The notes under the pieces are model-generated. The model saw nothing but the letters and a program-made list of their open reading frames with translations, was not told the origin of the DNA and ran no database searches. A DNA stretch of 64,000 nucleotides from the human T2T-CHM13v2.0 reference genome, Homo sapiens: NCBI RefSeq assembly GCF_009914755.1, contig NC_060934.1, one strand, 5' to 3'. Position numbers and translations under genes: made by a program. Within the stretch, counting starts at the first letter, position 1, and each line of letters starts with the position of its first letter. Shown here piece by piece: positions 31,346 through 45,733 of the stretch.

Positions 31346-33629
31346 TACTTTTTTAAGAGGGCTGGATGAGAAGGGGAGAAGGGATATTTGGATAAAAGCT
31401 AGAGGAAGACAGGGGAAGATTTCATTTTTTGGATGTGAGAGCTCGAGTATATTTTTAGGCAGAGGGGAAGCAGCCAGTGGACTGGGAGAGTCCAGTCCTG
31501 GAAGATCCAGGAGAGGGAAGGATGACTGATGAGGTAGCCTGTTGGAGGAGGCAGGAGAATTGGAGGTCAAAGACACAGGTGGGCTGGTTGGCTTTGAACA
31601 GAGAGACACCTCATCCTCTGAGGCTGCAGGGAGGGAGGCAGGGTGAGTCTGGCTAGGGCAAGACTTGATGGTGAGGATGCCTGGGAATTGAGAATTCATA
31701 TCTGATGACCTCAACTTTCTTGGAAAGAGGAGGAGGCAAGGTTGTAGTGAGTTGAGAGTGAACAATGATGTCAATTACCGTGGTGATTGCTTACACATGA
31801 AGGAAGGTTCAGAAACAGTCTGTTCTCATCAGCAGGGCGAGCCCTTCCCTTGTGATCTCATATATACTTTCTATCTCTCAGCAAACTCATTTTTCACCAT
31901 CAGTGATGTCTTCAGACAGCACGTGAGTTACCACAAGATATGGGTTAGTGGAATGGAAATGAATGAGGTGGGAGGTATCAGAACTCAGTGGATGTGAAGA
32001 ATCATGACATCTTAGCAAGGCAGAGACCTCTGAGTTCTCATGCGATATTCCATCCAAGGGTCTGTCTCACCATCAATAGTTCATCCATCCTCTGCGTCAT
32101 CATCCCACTGACAGTGAACTCGCTACCTTTAAGGAAGTCTTTCCATTTCCAAACATTTTCAAATCCTTAAGCTTTTCCTTCAATAGTGAAGTCTCACTCT
32201 CTGATTCCCTAAGGTCCTACAGGGAATCCTAGAGCAAGTACTACCTGGAAGCCCTTCAGAGATCTTAGTCTCTCCCCTAGAATAAATGTTCCGTTGTTCC
32301 CACCCTCCCTTATCTCATAAGATTTCCTGACCCCTCACCAGATCTGCCTTCTCCCCAAGATTTCCTCCAGGCCAATATTGGTCCTCAAGATTCAGCCATG
32401 ACCTGGCTCACCTGCCTTCCTCCGAGCTCCCCAAAGTGCTTGCCTGGCAATTCGCAGCCACCCAATGTTCATGTGTAATTGATGGAAACTTATTTGAAAT
32501 TCTTCCTCTCCCAGGATGGTTTGATCAGACTGGTGGTCTTGCAGGTCTTCTCATCATTCTCTGTCCAGATGTCAGGTTCCCTTGGCATCTTTGCTGTCGA
32601 CAGCCTACCCAAATGAGGGGTTCATCCCAGACCATGTGCTCAAATACATTTCTGTGCCCAGACCCATTCCTAAGCATAAGTCAAATAGGTGATCAAAGAC
32701 TGTATTTGAGCGTGCAGAAAGAGGCTCCAGATTCTCATTTTGGATCTGTCTGTGACTAGCAGCATTACTTTCACAGGTCTTGTCTGAGTTTCAGGGGAAA
32801 CCTTGACAGAGGTTAGTGTTTGGAAATATTAACCAATGTTTTATCCCTCTGGCATTTCTCCTTTTCACACTTTGCCCCTTTCCTTCTCACCATCACCCAA
32901 ATTCTGTCCTGTGCTCATTGTCTCAGAGAAGAGGTGTGACCCCAGAAAGCAGAGCAAGGAGTCTCTTGACTTTGAGTTGAAAAGTCTTGGGCCAGTGAGG
33001 CAGAAGAAAATCCCCATACCAGCAAAATTTGGAAGAAAACATGAGCAAGGCAATGCTTCCATCTCTCAGATTTGTAAAGGGGCTCCCATCTTGGGGGTGG
33101 AGTGGAAAGTTGAGAGAGGTCAGGAGTCACAAGAGTATAGATAATGGTGGTTTCCAGAAGAGGGTACCAGAGAGAACTGGAGGACCTGAGAGGAGACGAG
33201 ACCTGGGTCCCATTATCCAGAGAGCACTGGGAGGTGGCAAGACCCCAGGCAAGAGAAATAGCTTCATGGACTGTTCCAGCAGCAAAGTCCTAGTCAGCCT
33301 GGCAGAGCTTTCCCAAACACTAGCATGGACCTGGAAAACAGAATGACCTCATTGCTCGTAAGAGCAGCATGGGACTGGACAAGAAGAGCAGATCAGCAAG
33401 GGCCCTGCAAACGGACAACCTGCAGGGACCAATGAACAAGGATAGGCACAGTGATGGGCATCACAAATGACATTGAAGACTAGGTGCCTGGACGCCCCTT
33501 GAGCCTCCAGGAAGTTAGATGCCACTACGGAAAAGAAGAGAGACTCCATATTGACAGTGATTATGTTTTTACCATGGTGGCAGCCTGCCACCTGCCCCTG
33601 AGCAGCTTTATCCACACCTGGACTTGCTG

Positions 33630-34252
33630 TAGAAGATGAGATTGTGGACTTTGAGTTGATGCCATAATGGGATGAGACTTTTGAGGAGCTTAGGAAGGGG
33701 TGAGTATATTTTGCACTTGGGAGGGTCTTGCATCATTGCAGCTAGAGGGAGCACTACGGTAGTTAGCCTCCAGTGATCTTCATATTCTGATATTCATGCC
33801 TTTGGTAGTCCCCTCCCACATTAAATCAGGACTGACTTGTGTGACCAATGGAACGCAGCAGAAATGAGATTGTGTGGCATCCAAGGGCAGACCATAAAAG
33901 ACATTGCAGCCTCCACCTTGGTCTCTTGGATACCTAGCATTGGGGATAGACAGCAGCCATGTGTTGGGGATACTCAAGAAGCCTTGGAGTCCACATGGAG
34001 AGGAACTGAGTCCTGCCACGAAACACCATTGAGCCACCTTAGAAGTGGATCCTCAAGCCCCAGTCAAGCCTTTAGATAAGTATAGCCTGGACTGACCTCT
34101 GACTGCAGCCTCACATGAGACCCAAGCTAGAACTTCAGCCAAGTCACAAATAATTTCTGATGCATAGAAATTGTGAAAGATCATGAATGATTATTTTTGT
34201 TTTAAATCACAAAGTTTTGGGGGATTTCTTATGCAGTATTTGATCACTAATT
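33630..34252 (+). mobile_element. MLT1-type LTR preceded by the end of MaLR internal sequence
   Basis: ggactttgagttgatgccataatgggatgagactttt (internal), then LTR from ~33755 ending ttatgcagtatttgatcactaat. Confidence 0.75.
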
Positions 34253-34649
34253 CATCATCACCCACTATCAGAGCTTCCAATGTTTTTATCCCTCCTAAAT
34301 AAAGAACAGAGAAGTTGGGTGGTGGTCCCAGGTCACACAGCAGAGCTTCAATACAATATTCAGCTTCTATGTTCTTATATAGAGTTCCTATATCTGCTTC
34401 ATCTCTTCACCGACCTCTCTCCTTTTTAGACCATACCTTCACTTAGCCCATGCTCCTATGTCCCCACCATCATCACCTCTTTTGGAAACAGGTTTATTTC
34501 TCCCCTCTTCTCAAATCCTTTGTGCTCAAAACCTAACCACATACAATGTGGAGATGGTAATGATCACAACTTGTGCCTAATGTCATCCAACGTGGCCAAT
34601 TTGTGACAGGTAGACTTGGTAGCTGTAATATTTGCTAGCAGGTTTGCTA

Positions 34650-35652
34650 GCATTGCCATAATCCTAAGCCAAAAGAGCAAAGCTGGAGGCATCACGCTAC
34701 TTGACTTCAAACTATACTACAAGGCTACAGTAACCAAAACAGCATGGTACTGGTATCAAAACAGAGATATAGACCAACGGAACAGAACAGAGCCCTCAGA
34801 AATAATACCACACATCTACAACAATGCAATCTACCCCACAAAAGCAAGCAATGGGGAAAGGATTCCCTATTTAATAAATGGTGTTGGGAAAACTGGCTAG
34901 CCATATGTAGAAAGCTGAAACTGATCCCTTCCTTATACCCTATACAAAAATTAATTCAAGATGGATTAAAGACTTAAATGTTAGACCTAAAACCATAAAA
35001 ACCCCAGAAGAAAACCTAGGCAATACCATTCAGGACATAGGCATGGGCAAGGACTTCATGACTAAAACACCAAAAGCAATGGCAACAAAAGCCAAAATAG
35101 ACTAATTGGGTCTACTTAAACCAAAGAGCTTCTGCGAAGCAAAAGAAACTACCATCAGAGGGAACAGGCAACCTACAGAATGGGAGAAAATTTTTGCAGT
35201 CTACCCATCTGACAAATGGCTAATATCCAGAATCTACAAAGAACTTAAACAAATTTACAAGAAAAAATCAAACAATCCCATCAAAAAGTGGGCAAAGGAT
35301 ATGAAGAGACACTTCTCAAAAGAAGACATTTATGCAGCCAAGAGACACATGAAAAAATGCTCATCATCACTGGCAATCAGAGAAATGCAAATCAAAACCA
35401 CAATGAGATACCATCTCACCCCAGTTAGAATGGCGATCATTAAAAAGTCAGGAAACAACAGATGCTGGAGAGGATGTGGAGAAATAGGAACACTTTTACA
35501 CTGTCATTGGAAATGTAAACTAGTTCAACCACTGTGGAAGACAGTGTGGCGATTCCTCAAGGATCTAGAACTAGAAATACCATTTTACCCAGCGATCCCA
35601 TTACTGGGTATATACCCAAAGGATTATAAATCATGCTACTATAAAGGTATGT
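34650..35652 (+). mobile_element. L1PA ORF2 C-terminal fragment, truncated at both ends
   Basis: Encodes L1 ORF2p peptides ([25 protein letters not shown]; [34 protein letters not shown]). It has frameshifts and lacks the 3'UTR and poly(A). Confidence 0.95.
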
Positions 35653-37145
35653 AATTCTTGGCTTCGCTTTGAGCTTGTCAGATTGGCTCAAAGAAAGAAG
35701 AACCCTAACCAAAAACACAAGAACTTAATTAGGGAGAAGGGCCATAATGTGACCCATGAAGGCTCAGTTTCAACCCTTCGCCCCTTGAGTATGATGTTTT
35801 CACAATCCCCTTTGAGTTTGAGAGGCAGAAACCCAGTGGTGGAAACATGGCCAGAGGAAGATGGAAGAAGGGATGAACATGTGGCTTTGGATCATTCTGC
35901 GTCTCAGCTCCCACTGCCTCTCAGCCCAGAAGTCTTCCACCCTCTCCCCAGAGTGAAACTCTCACCCTCGAAGGGTAAGCCCCAAGCCACCCCTCACCGT
36001 GAATCCTGTCAGCCCTACCTCCCCACACACCCCTTTCCCCGAGATTCTGAAAACACAGGGCTCCCACCCCAATTCTCACTTGCCCTTACTTCTCTCCACC
36101 TTGTGTAACAGTTCGTTTCTTTCACATCCTACTTCCCCCAACTCTGAGCTCCTTGAGAAACAGGAGCTGCATCTAACTCACATCATTGCTCACAGAGGGC
36201 CTGACCAAACCTGGGCCTGGCTGAAGATGTTCAGAAATATCTGCTGAATTGGGCACAAAGCTACACAGTGTGACAGTTGACATGTGGTGCCTCGAGTTAC
36301 GGGATACATTTGAATTCTGTAAGAAGAACGTCTCTGTTGGGTTAAACTTGGCTGTCTGGGGCAGGCAGGCAGAGCAAATAGTATGTGGAATGAAAAATAC
36401 GTAGCAAAGCCCTTCGGTTTATTTAGCCATTTGAGGAAGGGCCTGAGTGGGAATGTGCAGCAGAGCTGTGCATTCTCCTGGGAAACATTCCCAACAGCCA
36501 GGCCAGTTTCCCCAGGGAATGACCCATACATAGCTCCCCGCTGATGCCTTCATAAGGGGGGACCTTGCCTGCCGTTCTCTTCTGCCTCCCTTTGGAGCAC
36601 CTCCTTCTCCAGCATTTCATGGTAATGACCATGTTCCTACCTAGGAGGAAGAGATTGCCTGACAGTATGACTTTGACCCATTATGGACAACTGGTTTTTC
36701 CTTCTTAACAGGCCCCATGTTTCAGCACCCCCAAGCAGAAGCATTTGGCAGGGAAACAGCTTTCTCGTTGAAAGTCCGAGCCTCACACAAAACACATCAG
36801 GAGTTTTTAGGTCAGGCAAGGTGGGGGTGGAGGTAAGTCGACTGCCCGCCCTATTGTTAGGACTCTTGGGGTTGCCAGTGACTGAAAACCCAACTCATCA
36901 GGCTTGAGCCAAAAGAGAATTCATTAGACCATACTCCTAAAAAGCCCAACATAGCTCTAGCTTCAGGTGCAGCTTGTTCCAGGATTTCAAATTGTCACTA
37001 GGGAGCAGTCTTGGTCCATTTCTCAGCCCTACTCTCTTCCTGTTGTCTTCATTTTCAAGTTGGGGTAAGATGGCTGTCAGCAGCTCCAGGCTATACCTCC
37101 CAGGGTCAAATTCAGCAAGCCAGGCTGAAGTCCTAGGAGGTACAG

Positions 37146-37262
37146 GCATATAGTTCCAGATACTTGAGAGAGTGATGTGGGAGAATCACTTGAACCTAGG
37201 AGTTTGTCAAGCCTGGGCAACACAGTGAGACCCCATTGCTAAAAACAAAATAAAACAAAAAA
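37146..37262 (+). mobile_element. Alu monomer/FLAM-like fragment
   Basis: gagaatcacttgaacctaggagttt..gcctgggcaacacagtgagacccc plus an A-rich tail. Confidence 0.7.
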
Positions 37263-37839
37263 TCCAATTCAGCAACTAGTTTGGGTCAGGCTTTCTATTA
37301 CTTGTAATCCAAAACATTCTAACTGATTCACTCAAAATACTTGTGAGCTACTTCCAAGTCTAGGCAGCCCATGAAAATGGCTGTATAGAGAGATGCCTGC
37401 CCCAGGTGTGACAGATAGAAGGTGGAGGGCTACTCCCCACAGAGTTCCTGGAAGGAGCCAGAGGCGTGGAGAGGCAGACTTTCCTGTAGAGATGCAGTGC
37501 TCCTGAGCATTTGAGAAGATGCTCAACATACATCTCTTTTAAGGTCCTGTGGCAAGAGGGTTAGATTTCCTCAGGTGGGTAGCTGTGTGCCTGCCTCCCC
37601 AGGTGCCCTGTGGATGAAGTGTCTGGGCTCTGATGGGGAAAGTGGGGAAGGGAAGAGCTTAGATGCAGCTGGTGAAATGCCTCGTTTCTAAGTTTCCTGG
37701 TTTCTGTGGCCACCTATGTGACAGCAAGAAGTCAGGTGTGTGCACATGGGTCAGAGCTCGGGCAGGGACTGGGGCCTTTTCGTCAAGAGTCAGCTTCTGC
37801 TCCTGCTGCCTCCTGCAGGGCCAGCTTGAATCTCGGTAT

Positions 37840-38215
37840 AGTGGGTGCTGGAATGTACCACCCAGAGTCCCTCTGCGGTAGGGTGACAGCTGCTGATGGC
37901 TCACACATAGCTAAAGGGATCAGCTGCACACAAGACCACGCTCCCCCCGGGGTAGCCTGCACCTTAGGACTCATGCTGGGGTATAGACACAGACAGCCAG
38001 TGTTTACACAGAGAGCCAGAGTTGAGCTCAATCCAGGCCAACTCTGAAGGGCATCCCAGCTACAAGCTCCCCTCAGGGTTGGCTGAGACCTCTCTTGCTA
38101 CCGCACTACAATTAAACTTCATCCTCTGCCCAGGCCTTCCCATGTTCCCCAGTATATCCCCTGCATGCAAATCTCTGTCCCAGAGTCCGCCTCCTCAAGA
38201 GTCCAAGCCATGGCA
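37840..38215 (+). mobile_element. LTR16-like solo LTR
   Basis: ctctgaagggcatcccagct...ggctgagacctct...cctgcatgcaaatctctgtcccagagtc. Confidence 0.65.
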
Positions 38216-38316
38216 CCAGGTGAGGCAGGTGGTGTCTGTGCGGCCCGATATGAGAGACTGGATCCCAATCACTTCTTTTCCTGCACTGACGGGAATAGTG
38301 CTAAAGAAGGAGTTGA

Positions 38317-38697
<381 letters not shown>

Positions 38698-39264
38698 TAA
38701 AGAAACAATGTATGCTCATTGAGAAAAAAAAACTGGAAAATTCCAAAAAGCCAAGTAAATTAATCATGTAATTAAAAGACACCAAAACACATCCTTCCAT
38801 GAAACACAATGATGACTTTGTGCATTTGAATTTGAAACTATGTATGGAGTCCTTCCTACTTCCTAGGCCATTCAGGCTCCCAACAACCCCATGAGGTAGA
38901 CCTCATTATTCCCATTTTGCCAATGAGACTTGAGACACTCAGAACCGTGGAGTTAACACAGAGGGCAAACAGCAAGCAGACAGAGCTTCTGACTGCAAGT
39001 TCAGAGCTTTCCTCATCACACCCCAGACCACCAAGTTGATGTCAGCTTTTCTGAGCGTGTTCTTCAATGGGGAAGAGGGTGGCAGATATGGAAGAAAGTT
39101 CCTAGGCCAGAAAATGGGACCCTCCCTCTCGTCCTGGTTCTGCCATTTACTTACTGGTTGATCTTAGACAAGTATTTTCTCCTGACTGGGGCCTCTGTGT
39201 GGGGAAGGCTGTGGGGTCTATGCGCAATCTGTTGGGCGCTATGAAAATGGACAGGGTTAGCAAG

Positions 39265-39296
39265 TGCAGTTGCTCTGGTTGCCTGAAGGGGGCACC
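39265..39296 (+). promoter_or_regulatory. Candidate CTCF site with upstream module
   Basis: TGCAGT starts 17 nt before the core CCTGAAGGGGGCACC. Confidence 0.45.
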
Positions 39297-41828
39297 ACTG
39301 AGAAGAAAAGCCCTAAAATTGGGGAGTTAGGACACCCCTCCTCTAACAGAAGACAATATTCCCACAGTGGATCCCCCATGGGTCTCCCACGGGCAGTGGA
39401 GAAGGGGGCTCCAGGGGCTGCAGGAGCCTCCAACAAAGCCAAAACTGTGACAGGGTGGAACCCCAGAGCTGGAACTTGGTGCGTCTGTGTAAAAGGCTTA
39501 ATTTATCTTTTGTAATTCTCTTTGGCCAAGGGAGACGACAGGGGAATGTTTTACTTTCTTTCTTTTTTTTTTTTTTTTTAAAGAAAACTTTCCATTGTGG
39601 AAATGGCATGTGTTTATTTTTAAAAATCCAGCCACAGGGATATATAACTTCTGGGGGAGGGAGAAAGCTCAAGGGCCAATACTGACCCTCCTACTGTGAA
39701 AGCTGGGTCTGGGTTTCTTTTGCCATTTGATTCTTCCCTCCTAGGCCTCTTTCCTTTAAGCAGAACAGAAATCTTGCTCGTGGATGTGAAGGAGAATGAC
39801 GAAGAGGAGAGCTGAATTCCAGATAATTAAAATATTACTACAATAAGAGTGACTGACATTTATCAGGCACTTACCCTGCACCAGGCACTGGGCTAGGAGC
39901 TTTGCAAATTGAATACTGTGCAAAGTATTCTATGATAGCCCAAGGAAATAGCTTTCATTGTCTCTATTTTACAGGTGAGAAAATCCAGTCTCAGAGAAGT
40001 AGTTACCAGTCCAGGCTGGTAAAGCAAGAATTACGCACAGGCTTGACTGACTGCAAAGTCATAACTATAGTCTTCTATTGTGGCAGAATCTTGGACCTCT
40101 GTGGTCACTACTGTCAGCAGGAGCCCACTGTGTGGGAGGACAGACTGTACCCCAAGGAAGAGGCAGGGGGCCTTTCTTCTCTCCACATGAGGGATGCTAG
40201 GACCAGTCCACCCCCTAGCTTCTTTGGTGGGATGCACAGAAGTTTTCTTCCTCCCTCTTGGCCGCAAGCTTTCCTATGGAAAATGCTCTTTTGGGTAGCA
40301 GGGTACAAAAGAGGAGGCCCCTGAGCAAGGGGTTGGATCAAAAGCCTTGCTGTGGGGGTGGCGGAGGCAGTTTCCCATAACTGTGGTGACTTGGAGGTGG
40401 GATCCAGGGCCCAGGCCACTTCGCTTCCCACCCTCCCTTCCTAACAGTGTAACCTTAGGTGAGTTACCTAACCTCTCTGTACCTGGTTTTTCTCATCTGT
40501 TAAATGGGGAAATAGAAATACCTACTCTCGTGCAGATTTCATCTTGCGAGATGATGTGTATAGTAAAGCACTTAGAACAGTCCATAGTAACGCTTAACAA
40601 AAATTAGTTATTATTATTCTCCAGAAGTGACTCATTTTCACCAAGTAGACCACGGTGAACAAATATTCACAGATATACACAGCTGAAGTATAAATGGTCA
40701 GACATAAGACACAGTGCTTTTTTATGATTGTTCTCCCACTGACCAAAAATGCAACCCCTACACCCAAGTTCATCTTGCCTGTTGTTTGAACCTGGCTACT
40801 CCTCTTGACTAGAGGCACTTGGAATTCTCAAAAGGACCTGATGGGGTTAGGGACCCCAGGTCTCTCTGTTCCGGAAGGTTTCAATATAATTCTGAAGCTC
40901 TATGGGATACCACCTGTGGTCCTTCTACCCCTCCAGGTCCAGGTTTAGCTAGGAGTTACCCAGCTTAAAAAAGAACCAGCACCTGCCATCTTGGAAGAAT
41001 TTGTTCTCTCTGTCTGTACCCCCAACACCCTGCCCTTTCTAGGTGGTCCTTTCTTGGGTCATTTGGGCCTGTGTTTCTAGGCTGGCAAAGCCTTGGCATC
41101 TTCATGATCCTCACTACCAATCACACCACCAATGTGACATCATCACCAATGTCATCCATCAATGCCACCATTTAATCTAAACCATGATTACCATCACTTC
41201 TGTTAGCAGCAACACCATCCCATCCCACAACCACCTCCATCACTGATGTTGCCTTCACCTTTTTCATCTTCCTCTCAGCCATTGTCACTGTTAGGATCTC
41301 TCTTACATGATCATCTTTGCACTTTCAAGATCACCTATGCTCAGGGCCAGACAGAACCCTTTGGTAGTAAGTAACGGAAATCCAAGTCCACTGACTTAAG
41401 AAAAGAGATGGAAAGGATTGTAGTTCACGGATCTAAACTAGAAAGGGTGAGACTGTCCGAGGGATGACTGTGCCCAAGGGACTCAAACACCAACAGAAAG
41501 CTTTCATTTTCTCCATCTCTCATCTCCACTTCTCTCCAGAGTCAATTTTATTCTCTTCTGCAGACAAACTCTTGTCTATGTGAGCTTCATGGATTTATAC
41601 ACAGCTGCATAGTGACTCAAAAGCAAAAGAATTTCTATCTCCCAAGCTCTGATTGAAAAATTCTAATGGAAGTCCCTGGTTGGTTTCACTTGGCCATCCT
41701 TTGGGCCAATCATAGTGGCTAGAAATGTGTGGTTCTGTGATTGACCCTGCTTGGTCGTGTGCCTAGTAAAAACATGGCAACTGGGGGAAACTTGGTGAAC
41801 AGGTGAGTACTCTACTTTACGTTGACAT

Positions 41829-42473
41829 ACATCCCATTCACCACCATCACCAGCACCACCACCAGCACCGCTGCCATCACCACCACCGCCCTCACTGCCA
41901 CTGCCATCACCACCTCACCATTATCACCACTACCACCATCACCACCACCACCATTATCTCCACTGTTGCCATCACTGCTACCACCACCATCATCACTACC
42001 ACCATTACCATCATCATCACTATCATCACCACCACCACCACCGTCACCACCATCACCACCACCACCACCACCACCACCATTATCTCCACTGTTGCCATCA
42101 CTGCTACCACCACCATCATCACTACCACCATTACCATCATCATCACTATCATCACCACCACCACCACCGTCACCACCATCTCCACCACCATCACCACCAC
42201 TACCACCATCACCACCACCATTATCTCCACTACTGCCATCACCGCCTCCACCACCATTACCACTACTATCATTACTATCATCATCACTATCACCACCACC
42301 ACCACCACCCACCATCACTGCCACTGCCGTCACCATCACCACCACCCACCGTCACCACCACCACTGCATCACCACCACTACCACCACCACCAGCATCATT
42401 ATCACCACTACTGCCATCACCACCACCATCACCACCACTATAACCACCACCACCACCACCGCCACCATCATCA
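41829..42473. repeat. (CAC/CAT)n low-complexity repeat with 126-bp higher-order periodicity
   Basis: Seen directly; ATTATCTCCACT recurs at 41953, 42079 and 42220. Confidence 0.95.
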
Positions 42474-44327
42474 CTCTTTTTCTGAGAACTATAATGTGCC
42501 CAGCCTTGAACTTCACATTTGAACTACACAAATATGAGTTTGAAGAAATCTCCAGCCCTGCAGGAATTTACTGTCTCTGGAAACAAGAAAGTTGACTTGT
42601 TCAAGGAGCTAGACTTCTAGTCCTTGGCCACAGGATGGGAGCAAAGAGGGAAGCTGTAGGGGCAGCATCTGGCACCTCTTCAGCACTGGCCCTAAGCCCT
42701 GAACAGACCCAGAGTCCTTGGAAGCTAACAAGCCTGTGCTGTGATGGCCAGGCCACTTGGCAAATAGCTGCCTGTGCCCAGCCAGGAACTGGAGCCATTC
42801 CTTCATACTCACAAAGTTCCCACCCCAGCCCACTGCCCTGTGCTCTACCAGAGCCCTCAGCACATCTGCCCTGTTCCCTCGGGGGCTGGGACTTGCTTTT
42901 GGCTCTATTCCCCCTACTCCTGCTCCACCTCTGAGCAAACATCTGTTTCTAGACGTTGTCCTAGAGCCTAATAAAGTCTCGGAAAGGCCCAAGTTAATAT
43001 ATCCATAGACCTGCCTGTCAGCAGCTAGCTAATGTCAGGAACAGAGCACTCAAGGAAAGCAAGACCCCTCGTTTCCTGATGGGGGTGGAGTGTACGGGAA
43101 AGATAAACAGGGCATCCCTCCCCATTTCAGAAATGACCTTAACAAAGCAACAGCTTTTAGGAAAAAGAGAAAAGAAAAAAATGGCCTTTGTAATGAGGTT
43201 TATGGGAACAAATGTTTCAGGTGGTTCTGCCTTCACAGCTACTGCTGGGGAAAGAGCTGGAGGGAGAAGAGCTCAGTCATGAGTGCAAAGCCTCCTGTGG
43301 ATTAACTGGCCCTTGGCCACAGTCCAGACAATGGGCTGAGCCTGAACCTGGGGGCTGTGAGTTGCCTGGCAGGGAAAAGACCTGCCCTGAGTGGCAGGTC
43401 TGGCTCTGCCACTAGTATGCTGGGTAACCTTGGACCACATTCTGACCTCTCTGTATTCAGTTTCTGCAGATGCCACATACTAGTGGAGCCTTGGAGGATT
43501 GACAAAGGTCCTTCTGGGCAAGGGGTGGGGGTGCCCCACACTTCAAACCAGGAGAGTAGCCCCTAAGATAAGATCTGACTACTGAGTTCTGTGGTCAAGA
43601 CCAAGAGTTCCACAGTGGTGGGGGCGGGCAGAGGGTTGGGGGACAGGAAAGAGAGCAGAGACACAATGCTATAACTTGCATACCTCAAATTCTGGTAAGC
43701 GGGGATCTGGATCAGTAAACTAATTGGGCTCTTCATTATCCATCGGTCATCAACCAGAAACATCTGTCTCTTAAACTGCAGTTGCCCACCTTTCCGACAG
43801 CTCTTCCTGCCTGTCAGGGAGAGCTCAAGTCCTGCGTCCTTCTCCGAGCACATAATTGGGGCGCCCTTCCACTAACTCTGAGGCCTAGATTCTGAGCCCT
43901 TGTTTCCATGGACTGACAGCTCTGAGGGTCTGTGTTTCACTCTCACTCCTTAACCGATTGTTCTTTCTCCAGCAAGCTGCAAATCAGGCCCTAATGGCTG
44001 CATTTGCTTGTGGTTTCTGATGCCTGGTTGCAGCACGACCATCACCAACATCTCTTCTGTATTTTGCACTTGATTAGGGCTTTGCACACATGATCTCATT
44101 TGAGTCTTCCAGCATTCCCCTAAGTAAGAATTCATCTTCCCCTGCCTGGGCAGGAGAAGGTTCCAGAGAGGTTAAGGCATTTACCAAAAGGCACACAATT
44201 TGTAGATAAAGAAGCAAAGCTTCTGGTGCTTTGTTTCAACTCAAACTGAATCAGCAAAATGGTTTCATCTCAAGTACTAATCTCACTAGATTGATAATAG
44301 CTTTCTGCTTTGAGGGGCATAAGGGAT

Positions 44328-44333
44328 TGTGTG

Positions 44334-44388
<55 letters not shown>
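44328..44388. repeat. (TG)~30 microsatellite with one interruption
   Basis: Seen directly. Confidence 0.97.
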
Positions 44389-44391
<3 letters not shown>

Positions 44392-45733
44392 GTGGGAGTG
44401 GTGTTCTGTAGTTGATTAGTGATGTCTGCCAGTGGCATGGGAAGTATTGGCATGTGTGTGAAACACGACCAGACCATACCACTTAAGAAGAATGGAAGGT
44501 CAGGTGTTTGGGGTTATTGGGGTTCAGGAGGTCACATGATGCACCCAGGCAAGGATGGACCACATAACCTTGGAACTTCTGCTCTATTCTCCCAGTCCCT
44601 TTCTTTGTCTGGATCCTGCCATGCTCCAAGGACCAGCTTAGAATTCACCTCTTCCAGGAAGCCTTCCTGAACCTTCACTTCAACTCTAAGTCTCCACCCA
44701 CTTCCCTTCTCTGAGTCCCAAGGCACTAATCATCTGCCTACTTGTTTGGCCTTCAGCTTATGCTGCCTGGCACTGCTGTTCTTTCTTCTGCACACATAAG
44801 TCCCCACAGATGCCCCTCAGGACTGTGAGTTCTGTGAGTACCTAACTCTGGGTTTTGCTCCCACTAGGAGGCTCAATAATAAATGCAGACTAATTTATAT
44901 CAATGACCTAGACCGTGCAAATGGGCAAGCAGTAGCCCTCCTCTCCACTGCCAGAACACAGGGCTTGAGAGGAGGCAAGAACCCCTGTTTGGTTTTTATT
45001 GTACATGCCCAGTCTCTACAGTTATTACAATGTCAAGGTTGGCTTCCATGAACCTAGTCCTGACTCAGCACTTTGCATCCACTATTGCATCCAATCCTCA
45101 CAATAACTCTAGGAGATAGGAATTATTCTCCTTATAGTTCATGCTTTAAAAAACAGATGCAGAGAGGCCACATAATTTGCAAAGTCACATAGGGAGCACA
45201 CAATGGAGCCAGAACCTGAAACTACCTGAAATAGCCTCCAAGTGAATAGAAAATTAGTTTCAGAGCCATCTACACCTGGCCTTGGAATAAGGCAAGGTAG
45301 GTGCCAGGTAGGAGATTTCTGCTGAATTACTCTCAAACCATCCAGGTCCAGAGGGATATGGGCTGCTTAGTACCTCCAGCTGCTCCTGGAAGAAGTCAAC
45401 AAAAGACAGTGGGTCTGGGCAGCATCTGGGCACTGGGGTTGACAGCTGGGCATGGGCTTTGCTAACCACAACATTCCCCAAATCCTACTTTTCAGGGTCA
45501 AATAATCCTCTAGACAGATCCAGTAGCCCACCCTACCAGGCATTCATTCTTGCTCAGGTAAACACTTACATTTGTGGACCTTACATCCTGGTATTCATGA
45601 CATTGATTAGTTTCTTCCCACATGACTCTGGGCTTGGCCATGTGACTTGTTTTGGCCAATGAGACATTAGCAATTGTCGCACAAGCAGAGGCATGATAAG
45701 CAGTCTTGGAACACTCCTCATGAAAGCCAGCCC

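Noticed and set aside
35106-35654. 182-aa ORF
   Set aside because: L1 ORF2 remnant with a TTG start inside a frameshifted, truncated element.
40869-40876. Palindromic TTCCGGAA (double N-box/Ets-like)
   Set aside because: Isolated 8-mer with no supporting motifs nearby.
41803-42595. Long ORFs (239, 257, 177 and 133 aa) rich in Thr, Pro, His, Gly or Val
   Set aside because: They are translations of the (CAC)n tract, which lacks stops in most frames; there is no gene structure.
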